This document shows positions 31,764 through 40,682 of a DNA stretch of 64,000 nt, piece after piece. The stretch lies in the NCBI GenBank assembly GCA_963777955.1, contig CAVZSQ010000003.1:184753-248752 (forward strand). The letters are read 5' to 3'. The position numbers and the translations under genes were made by a program. The notes beneath the pieces are model-generated. The model was not told the DNA's origin, did not search any database, and saw only the letters and a list, made by a program, of their open reading frames with translations. How positions within the stretch are numbered: the first letter of the stretch is position 1; each line of letters opens with the position of its first letter. This DNA comes from Calditrichia bacterium. Lineage in GTDB: Bacteria; Calditrichota; Calditrichia; JAJRVZ01.

Positions 31764-32587
31764 CGCCAGGCAGGGACAGAGAGACAAAGAAAGACACAAA
31801 GGCACAAAGGATGGGGGAATGAGATCTATGGGTGCAAAGAACGGTCTGGTAGCCGCATCCTTCAGGATGCGTTTGATAATACAAGGTATTATTGGTAGCC
31901 GCAACTCTTGAGTTGCGGTTTGATGCCGGAGGTATCAACTGTTTGTAGAACACGATGTGCTGAATAACCTACCCCTTTCATCCCCTCCCTGGTCCCCGAG
32001 CAAAGTCGAGGGGATAAGGGAGGGGAAAGAGGGGGGGGTTAGGGAGGGAAAAAGGGTGAAGGAAAAAGGCACAGATGCCTAAGTTTGTTATCCATGGTTT
32101 TAAAAGCCGCTGGATTCAAAATCCAGTGAGCGTGATCCGGCAGCTGCCGGAAGGGTTCAAGTCCCACCTTCGGCACAGTAGGGGCGCATTGCGATGCGCT
32201 CTTGTGTACCTGAGCCCCTGAGTACCCGAGTTCATTAAAATTCGCTTGGGGAACGCTGTACCGGTCGTCGAGCGAAGTCGAAACGTTCCCCTCTCGAGAG
32301 GGATGCCCCGACAAAGTCGGGGCGGGGTGTGTGGTGAAAAGGCGCAAAAGTAGGGGCAAGTCGCGACTTGCCCCTTCTTTTCGCCTGCCTGGCGGCAGAC
32401 AGGTTTTAACCTTTATCCTTCTTTTCAAGATTCCCGCCTGTACGATCATCAGGCAAGGCCTGCGCTGAGCGGGAATGACTCCCGAAGCCTTTGCATGCTC
32501 AGGAACTCAGGACTCAGGTATTTTTCTTCATAGGCTATCAGGTTTTTTGTACCTTTGTACCTCTGTCCCTTTGTCTCTTTGTCCCTG
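31764..32587. repeat. ~0.8 kb non-coding element bounded by a ~36-bp imperfect inverted repeat ((G/A)ACAAAG-type). It contains GC-rich palindromes and a tRNA-Leu(CAA)-like 3' fragment (32110-32176).
   Basis: The left arm gggacagagagacaaagaaagacacaaaggcacaaagg pairs with the right arm cctttgtacctctgtccctttgtctctttgtccctg. Inside lie ctgga-ttcaaaa-tccag (anticodon arm, CAA), tccggcagctgccgga (variable arm) and gggttcaagtccc (T-arm). No acceptor/D arm is present, and only junk ORFs. Confidence 0.5.
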
Positions 32588-32601
32588 TATGTAATAATCA
32601 C

Positions 32602-32631
32602 TTGACAGAGGCATCAGCTGAATAGTATATT
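32602..32631 (+). promoter_or_regulatory. Sigma70-type promoter TTGACA-18-TATATT upstream of the gene at 32658
   Basis: Read directly at 32602-32607 and 32626-32631. Confidence 0.45.
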
Positions 32632-32657
32632 TTTTAAATTTAACAAACGAGATAGAA

Positions 32658-33986
32658 TTGTCAGCTAAATCTGAAAAAACATACATATCTGTACAGGAAT
32701 TCGTTTCTTCCTGGGAAAAAGAAATATACGAGTTGAATAACCTCGATTATTTTATTTTCCTGCTGATCAATCATGTCGGTTATCAGATCGAACATAACCA
32801 TTTCAATACCTTGAAACCGTCTGATCATCTGCGGGTCGATCCGGAGGAAATCGGTACAATCGCTTTTAACCTGGGCGACAGCCTGGAGTCATTCCTGGAG
32901 AATAATTGTTTTGGCGATTGCACCCTGGGCTGTCCCACTCATCTGAACGATCCGGTGGACCAGGAGGAGATCAAGGCCAGGAACGATCAACTGCAACTGA
33001 TCCAGCTGGTTAGTGGTTCGGAATTCAATAAACGCAACTTTTTCATCAACGATATTCTGAATTATGTGGTCATCGATACTTTGTTCGATTTTTATCAGTA
33101 CGAAATGGGGCTCAACCTGGATGATACGGATATCAGTTTAATCCAGTTTGCCGATTTTATCACCTCGATCCTGGAGAAATTTATTGAGAACCAGGGCCAG
33201 AACCTGCTGAGTAATCCCAAAGAATCATCGGCGGAACTTTTTAATAAATTGATGTTTGAAGCGAATTCAGGCTGGACTGAAGAATTACCTGCGGCCATGG
33301 ATGAGGAAGTTGATGAATCCGAAACGTGGAAATTCGGCAACCTGTATATCCAGGAAGTGATCGACGATTATCTCCATGAAGTGGCAGATACCGAAAAAGA
33401 GTTGGCCGTCAGCAGGCAACTCTTAGCCTATTTTAAGGAGTATACGGATACATATGCGGATCTGAAACGTATCGACGAAATCGAGGTTGAGGACCAGGAG
33501 GAATTCTTCCTGTTCTGGCTGATCCGCGAAATAACATTTGATGCGGAACTGACCCCCGAAATCATCAGACAGGTTTTCCGGAATTTCTTTAACTGGCTGG
33601 AAATTTCGCGGGAAGTCAATCTCAAAGATCCGTTTGAACGTTTAATGACCAGCTATTTTGAAAGTATTCAGAATGTCTTACTCTGCTCCCGTTCCTATTT
33701 TAATAAGAATTCACTGGTTGACGGAATCATCCAGTCAAACGCCTGCGGCGACCAGATTGTCAGCGGCATGTTCGAGATCGAAAAGATTTCCAAAACCGGC
33801 CTGATCCAGATCAAGGATGTTCATTTCAATAAAAAATATCTCAATGTGCAGATCAACGTGGGTGATCCGGTAAAATTGATCACCAGCACCATTCTTTCCG
33901 CCACAATAAAGCCCACAGCCTATGGCTGGCGCTTTGTCACTATCGATTACATCTTTCCCCAGGCAGCAAAACCATATATCCGCTAG
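32658..33986 (+). CDS. Hypothetical acidic cytoplasmic protein (442 aa)
   Basis: Long ORF with a TTG start and no recognisable motif; Glu/Asp-rich. Confidence 0.4.
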   Translation: MSAKSEKTYISVQEFVSSWEKEIYELNNLDYFIFLLINHVGYQIEHNHFNTLKPSDHLRVDPEEIGTIAFNLGDSLESFLENNCFGDCTLGCPTHLNDPVDQEEIKARNDQLQLIQLVSGSEFNKRNFFINDILNYVVIDTLFDFYQYEMGLNLDDTDISLIQFADFITSILEKFIENQGQNLLSNPKESSAELFNKLMFEANSGWTEELPAAMDEEVDESETWKFGNLYIQEVIDDYLHEVADTEKELAVSRQLLAYFKEYTDTYADLKRIDEIEVEDQEEFFLFWLIREITFDAELTPEIIRQVFRNFFNWLEISREVNLKDPFERLMTSYFESIQNVLLCSRSYFNKNSLVDGIIQSNACGDQIVSGMFEIEKISKTGLIQIKDVHFNKKYLNVQINVGDPVKLITSTILSATIKPTAYGWRFVTIDYIFPQAAKPYIR

Positions 33987-34254
33987 ATATCTCCCATATT
34001 TAATTGTTTTTAAAAAACTCTTCTGATTTTTAAGAAAAATGTCTTAAAATTAATTTTAATCGTTATTTATAACTTATTGATATTAATGGAAATGAAGGCT
34101 TTAATTGGTTTGGCATACTAATTGACGCAATTTATTACTTGTAATGTGAATTTTTTTACAAAAAATTTTAATTTTCGCCAAATTTGTCAATAATATTTAT
34201 TAAGTTATAGTACATAATCTGCAAAAAAATTATCCGATGGATAGGAGGAAATAA

Positions 34255-37200
34255 ATGAATAGACCCATGGTTTGTATTGATGGGAATGAAGCAGTTGCTC
34301 AGGTTGCTCATAAAATCAATGAAGTTATAGCGATCTATCCCATCACCCCCTCGTCTAATATGGGTGAATGGGCTGATGCCTATTCAGCCGAAGGGAAGAA
34401 AAATATCTGGGGGACCATTCCGACCGTTGCTGAACTGCAAAGCGAAGGGGGCGCCTCCGGTGCTGTACACGGTGCTTTGCAGACCGGTGCTCTGGCTACT
34501 ACATTTACGGCATCACAGGGATTATTGCTGATGATCCCCAATATGTTCAAAATTGCCGGCGAACTGACCCCGACCGTTTTTCATGTTTCAGCCCGCACAG
34601 TAGCGGCTCATGCTCTGTCGATATTCGGTGATCACGGTGACGTCATGGCCGTACGCGCAACCGGTTTTGGTCTGCTAGCCTCCAACTCGGTACAGGAAGC
34701 TATGGATTTCGCCCTGATTTCCAGTGCAGCAACTCTTAAAGCCCGGGTGCCCTTCGTACATTTCTTTGACGGATTCCGGACTTCACATGAAGTACAAAAA
34801 ATAGAACAACTGACCGAAGATGATATGCGGGCCATGATCGATGATCAACTGGTTTTCGAACACCGCCGCCGGGCCTTGTCTCCTGATTTTCCGATCATGC
34901 GCGGTACGGCCCAGAATCCGGATGTTTTCTTTCAGGGCCGTGAAACGGTTAATCCATATTACCTGGCCTGTCCGGATGAAGTTCAAAAAGTGATGGATAA
35001 GTTTGCCAAACTGGTGGGACGGCAATATTCCCTGTTCGAATACCATGGTGCCAAAGATGCCGAACGGATAATTGTCCTGATGGGTTCCGGCGCTGAAACC
35101 GTGCATGAAACGGTAGATTATCTGAATGCCAAAGGAGAAAAAGTAGGGGTGCTTAAGGTCCGTCTGTTCAGACCCTTCTCGGTGAAACATTTTATCCAGG
35201 CCCTGCCCAGGACCGTCAAATCGATTGCGGTACTGGACCGGACCAAGGAACCCGGAGCGGCCGGCGAACCCCTGTACCAGGATGTGATTACTGCTTTGGT
35301 CGAAGGTCTATCGGCAGCCAACGCCCGGTTACCCAGGGTGATTGGCGGGCGCTACGGTCTCTCATCCAAGGAATTCACTCCGCCCATGGTTAAAGCCGTT
35401 TATGATGAATTGCTTAAAGATAAACCTAAAAATCACTTTACCGTCGGTATTATCGATGATGTTACCCATAGCAGTCTGGATTATGATCCGGCTTTCAGTT
35501 CCGCAGGTAGCAAGGTTAATCAGCTCAATGTTCTATGGACTGGGTGCGGATGGTACGGTTGGAGCCAATAAAAACTCCATCAAGATCATCGGCATGGAAA
35601 CGGACAACTATGCCCAGGGTTATTTTGTGTACGATTCGAAAAAATCGGGATCGATGACCATTTCACATCTGCGCTTTGGACCGGATAAGATCCATTCCAC
35701 TTACCTGGTCAACAAAGCGAATTTTATCGGCTGCCACCAGTTTGTGTTCCTGGAAAAATATGATGTGCTCGCTTCGGCAATCGAAGGTGCCGTTTTTCTT
35801 TTAAACAGTCCTTACGCCCTGGATGAAACCTGGGAGAATATTCCCAAAAAGGTACAGCAGCAGATTATCGATAAAAAAATCAAGATGTATGTTATCGATG
35901 CATATAAAGTCGCCAATGAAACAGGAATGGGTGCCCGGGTTAATACGATTATGCAGACCTGTTTCTTTGCCATTTCCGGTGTGCTGCCGCGGGAAGAGGC
36001 CATTGCCAAAATTAAAGAATCGATTAAAAAGACCTATGGCGCCAAGGGCGACGAAATAGTTAAAAAGAATTTTGAAGCAGTAGATAAGACACTGGCCAAT
36101 TTGCATGAATTCAAAGTACCGGCCAAGGCTGACAGTAAGGTTGAAGTACCGCCGGTGGTTCCTGATGCTGCACCGGAATTTGTTAAGAACGTCACGGCTA
36201 AAATTATCGCCGGACTTGGAGATGCATTACCGGTAAGCGCCTTCCCGGTTGACGGTACCTATCCTACAGCCACCACTCAATGGGAAAAACGGAATATCTC
36301 CCTGGAAATTCCGGTCTGGGATGAAAAGATCTGTATCCAATGCAATAAATGCGCGCTGGTCTGCCCCCATGCCGTTATCCGTCCTAAAGTTTATGATAAA
36401 GGGTTGCTCAAAAACGCACCGACCACTTTTAAACAGGCTAAGGCCCGGGGTAAAGAATTTGGCGAGGATCAGGTTTATACACTGCAGGTGGCACCGGAGG
36501 ATTGTACCGGTTGCGAGCTTTGCGTGGAAGTATGTCCGGTAAAGAATAAAGAGCAGGTAAAGCTGAAAGCGATTAATATGGCGCCGCAGCCGCCGCTGCG
36601 CGAAAGCGAACGCGAAAACTGGAACTTCTTCCTGACCCTGCCCGAGTTAGACCGCCGTACCGTCCAGGTCAACACGGTCAAAGGTTCGCAGATCCTGCAG
36701 CCCCTGTTCGAATTCTCGGGTGCCTGCTCCGGTTGCGGTGAAACACCGTATGTAAAACTGGTCAGTCAATTATTCGGCGACCGCGCGGTCGTGGCCAATG
36801 CCACCGGTTGTTCTTCGATCTACGGCGGCAATCTGCCGACTACCCCCTGGGCGCAGAATGCGGCAGGACGAGGTCCGGCCTGGTCGAATTCCCTGTTTGA
36901 AGACAATGCGGAATTCGGTTTTGGTTTCCGCCTGACCCTGGATAAGCAGAATGAATTTGCCCTGGAATTATTGAAGAAACTGGGCAGCGAACTGGGAGAT
37001 AAACTGGTCACTGCTCTGGCCGCTGCTGATCAATCCAGCGAGACGGGCATAATTGAACAGCGCGAACGGGTTGAAGAATTAAAGAAAAAATTAACTAAGA
37101 TAAAAAGTGCCGAAGCCCAACAATTATTGACCCTGGCCGATAAACTGGTAAAGAAGAGTGTCTGGATCATGGGTGGAGACGGCTGGGCCTACGATATCGG

Positions 37201-37816
37201 TTATGGTGGTCTGGATCATGTGCTGGCCTCCGGCAAGAATGTCAACGTACTGGTGCTCGATACGGAAGTTTACTCCAATACCGGCGGACAGATGTCCAAG
37301 GCTACCCCCCGCGGTGCGGTAGCTAAATTTGCAGCGGGAGGTAAACCAGTCAGACGGAAAGATCTGGGTCTGCTGGCCATGACTTACGGTAGTGTCTATG
37401 TGGCCCAGGTGGCCATGGGTGCCAGCGATGTGCAAACCGTAAAATCTTTCATCGAAGCGGATGCATATAATGGACCATCCATAATCATAGCCTACAGTCA
37501 TTGTATCGCTCATGGTATAAACATGCGCCTGGGACTTGAGCAGCAGAAACTGGCGGTTGACTGCGGATACTGGCCATTATACCGCTATAATCCCGATCTG
37601 GCCAGGAAAGGCGAAAATCCGTTCAATCTTGATTCCAAGGAACCGAAAATCCCGCTGCGGGCCTATGCCTATAATGAAACCCGGTACAAAATGCTGACCA
37701 AATCGGATCCGGAGGGAGCGCAAAGATTGATCGAACTGGCGCAACTGGATGTCAATGATAAATGGAATCACTATTCGCAGCTGGCCAAAATGACTCCTCT
37801 GACCAAAGCAGAGTAA
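34255..37816 (+). pseudogene. nifJ: Pyruvate:ferredoxin (flavodoxin) oxidoreductase, single-polypeptide PFOR, split by a 1-nt insertion near 35518
   Basis: ORF 34255..35571 (..IYPITPSS.., domains I/III) and ORF 35342..37816 (..MFYGLGADGTVGANKNSIKIIG.., two 4Fe-4S CxxCxxCxxxCP motifs, TPP domain GDGWAYDIGYGGLDH). Dropping one A of gttaat joins ..SKVISSMFYGLGADG. Confidence 0.8.
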
Positions 37817-37881
37817 AACCGGCAGGAATAGTTCAGAAATTCAAGTGGTTAAACTGAATATATAATATAAAAAGAAAGGTA

Positions 37882-38877
37882 GTGACGATGGATCTATCAA
37901 CAAAGTACATGGGTTTGAAACTCAAGAATCCTATCGTACCTTCTGCCTCACCGCTGAGCCGGGACCTGGCGACGATAAAACTGATGGAAGAGGTTGGAGC
38001 GGCAGCCGTGGTGTTGGAATCACTATTTGAAGAGCAGATTATCCACGAAAAAAATGAAATGGATCATTTTCTGACCCAGGGCACGGAAAGTTTTGCCGAA
38101 GCGCTGAGTTATTTCCCGGATAAGGATGTTTATAACTTCGGTCCGGAGGAGTACCTGGAACATATCCGTAAAGTTAAAAAATCTATAAACATTCCGGTAA
38201 TTGCCAGTCTGAACGGCGTATCAACCGGAGGCTGGATCGACTACGCCCGCAAGATCCAGCAGGCCGGAGCGAATGCCCTGGAATTAAATACGTATTATCT
38301 GGCTACCGATCCCAACAAGGATGGCAAACTGATTGAGGATAATTACATTGATGTTTTAAAAGCGGTCAAAGGTGCAGTAACCATTCCGGTGGCCATGAAA
38401 CTTTCCCCTTATTTTACTTCCATGGCGGCCATGGCCAAACGTTTTGATCAGGCCGGTGCCGATGCCCTGGTACTGTTCAACCGTTTCTACCAGCCGGATA
38501 TCGATCTGGAAACTCTGAAAGTCGTACCCAATCTGGTATTGAGCACCTCTGAATCCATGCGCCTGCCGTTACGCTGGGTAGCTATTCTGCACGGCAAGGT
38601 CAAAGCAAGTATCGCCGCCACTACCGGTATACACACCGCCGATGATGTTTTAAAGATGATCATGGTCGGTGCGGATGTAACCATGGTCTGTGCCGCCCTT
38701 TTTCAGAAAGGGGTCAAGCATATTTCCAAGATTCTGGCCGATATGAAAAAATGGATGGAAGAGCATGAATATGAATCGCTCAACCAGATGAGAGGGAGTA
38801 TGAGTCATAAAGCGGTTGCCGAACCGGCTGCTTACGAACGGGCTAATTACATGAAGGTGCTGAAGAGTTATATGTAA
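37882..38877 (+). CDS. Dihydroorotate-dehydrogenase-like TIM-barrel flavoprotein (class-1 DHOD/DPD family)
   Basis: [24 protein letters not shown] and [10 protein letters not shown] give the DHOD-fold pattern. The usual catalytic Cys/Ser position reads LELNTYYLA with no Cys. Confidence 0.5.
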   Translation: MTMDLSTKYMGLKLKNPIVPSASPLSRDLATIKLMEEVGAAAVVLESLFEEQIIHEKNEMDHFLTQGTESFAEALSYFPDKDVYNFGPEEYLEHIRKVKKSINIPVIASLNGVSTGGWIDYARKIQQAGANALELNTYYLATDPNKDGKLIEDNYIDVLKAVKGAVTIPVAMKLSPYFTSMAAMAKRFDQAGADALVLFNRFYQPDIDLETLKVVPNLVLSTSESMRLPLRWVAILHGKVKASIAATTGIHTADDVLKMIMVGADVTMVCAALFQKGVKHISKILADMKKWMEEHEYESLNQMRGSMSHKAVAEPAAYERANYMKVLKSYM

Positions 38878-39117
38878 TAGCATAACCTTCTCTGAAAAAA
38901 ACTGAAATCCCAAAAGGCTGCCGGAAAAAGGCAGCCTTTTTTATTTATGGTTTGTAGTCGCGACCATGACGGTCGCGGTTACCACCAATTCCGCGCCTGA
39001 GAGAGAAAAATCATAATTTTTATTTATTACCGTTGAAAAATGCCGAATATATAATTTTAAATATATGCTTATATCCTGAATTTATACCATTTGGCAATAA
39101 AACCCTGAGGAGGTATT

Positions 39118-40659
39118 ATGATGCGGAGAATTGTTCTATTTATCTGTCTGCTGAATTTTGCAGCCATGGCCCAACTGACCGGGCCGCAATCGCCTAAAAC
39201 AACAGGTACTCAAAGCGCTGCTGCTGCTCCCGAGGAGGGCTGGAATATGGGCTTGACCATCGGTGCAGTAACGATTGACAATGTTATCTACAACCAGATC
39301 GGACTCCGTCCCGAATTTGTGATCGGTAAATTCGGAGTGGCCCTGGATCTGACCTTATATATTGATCAGGATGGCAATATCCGCAAGGATAACTGGGATT
39401 CCTTTGATGATATTATCGAAAAGATCTACTATGTCCGCTGGGGACTCAAGGGAGATCCATTCTATGCCAAGGTAGGGGCCATTGATAATTACCGCCTGGG
39501 TTATGGTCTGCTGATGAACCGCTATTACAACACCATCCAGTATCCGGCAGTTATCCGCACCGGTTTGACCCTGGGATTTCAGGGCGAAAAATTTGGCGCC
39601 GATCTGATGCTGAACGATTTTAAGGAACTGGGCCGGCCCGGTGGTTTAATAGCCGGACGGCTGTCGTATAAACTTATCGGCGAATTAACCCTGGGTGCCA
39701 ATGCGGTATACGACCGCAACCAGTATGCCGGTTTACCGGACCAGGACAAAGATAACACTCCGGATGCCCTCGATGATTTTCCCCGCAATAAAAAATATAA
39801 AGTCGATACCGATGGGGACGGGGTACCGGATCTGATCGATCCTGACCGTGACGGCGACGGTTATACCGATCATCCCCCGGTCGGTTCGGATTCATTATAT
39901 AATGACTGGGATTTTAATGCGCTGATGGATTTAAAACCGGATCCATTCGATATCAGCAAAGCACCTAACAAGGAACAGTTGGGTTTTGGAGTTGACCTGG
40001 GCCTGCCTGTATTTACGGCCGATTATTTACAATTAACTGTGTACGGACAGGCGGCAAAATTTGCTTACGGCAACGGCTGGGGCATAGGTGCACCGGGTGT
40101 ACTGGCAAAATTAGGATTTATTAATGTATTTGCGGAGTACCGCCTGCTGAATAAAAATTTCATACCTGAATATTTTAATTCTACTTATGAAATTGAGCGG
40201 GTGGCTTTTACCCAGGGCGATAGCGCCGGGAACCTGGTACCGGTCACTAAAAGACAACTACTGGATTATGTCACCGATAGAATGCAGGGGTATGTGGCCG
40301 GTGCAGATTTTTTTATCGGCAATATGATCACCTTTTCGGCTATGTACCAGAACATGAGCAGTTCATCCAATAATGACCTGAAGCTGAATACTTTTGCTGC
40401 TAATCTGGATTTGAATACCAAGATGATTCCTAAAATTCAGAGAGCGGGTGCCTATTACTATCAACAGAATGTCGACAAGTTATTCCGCAAACAGGAAGGT
40501 ACCATGCTGGGTTACCAGTTACAATATGAGATTGCCGGCGGCGCTGCACTTTTACTCGATTTTCGCACTATGTACCGCGACCTTAATGGCGATGGTAAGA
40601 TCAAAGGCAGTGACGAGACAATTAATATTACCAATATCCAGACGGTATTTACTTTCTAA
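39118..40659 (+). CDS. Outer-membrane beta-barrel protein with thrombospondin type-3 repeats (porin-like)
   Basis: Signal peptide. DQDKDNTPDALDDFP, DTDGDGVPDLIDPDRDGDGYTDH. The C-terminal aromatic residue (..VFTF) fits an OMP. Confidence 0.6.
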   Translation: MMRRIVLFICLLNFAAMAQLTGPQSPKTTGTQSAAAAPEEGWNMGLTIGAVTIDNVIYNQIGLRPEFVIGKFGVALDLTLYIDQDGNIRKDNWDSFDDIIEKIYYVRWGLKGDPFYAKVGAIDNYRLGYGLLMNRYYNTIQYPAVIRTGLTLGFQGEKFGADLMLNDFKELGRPGGLIAGRLSYKLIGELTLGANAVYDRNQYAGLPDQDKDNTPDALDDFPRNKKYKVDTDGDGVPDLIDPDRDGDGYTDHPPVGSDSLYNDWDFNALMDLKPDPFDISKAPNKEQLGFGVDLGLPVFTADYLQLTVYGQAAKFAYGNGWGIGAPGVLAKLGFINVFAEYRLLNKNFIPEYFNSTYEIERVAFTQGDSAGNLVPVTKRQLLDYVTDRMQGYVAGADFFIGNMITFSAMYQNMSSSSNNDLKLNTFAANLDLNTKMIPKIQRAGAYYYQQNVDKLFRKQEGTMLGYQLQYEIAGGAALLLDFRTMYRDLNGDGKIKGSDETINITNIQTVFTF

Positions 40660-40682
40660 ACGCAGTTAAGTAATAATTTTAT

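Noticed and set aside
31656-32657. tmRNA, RNase P RNA or SRP RNA in the 1-kb non-coding gap
   Set aside because: The T-arm-like GGGTTCAAGTCCC has no matching 5' acceptor strand. No tag-peptide reading frame ending in ..AA-stop is present. The RNase P GGAAAGTCCGGGC / GGTGAAA..GTGCGGTAAGAGCGCACC cores and the SRP AGGTCCGGAAGGAAGCAGC core are absent.
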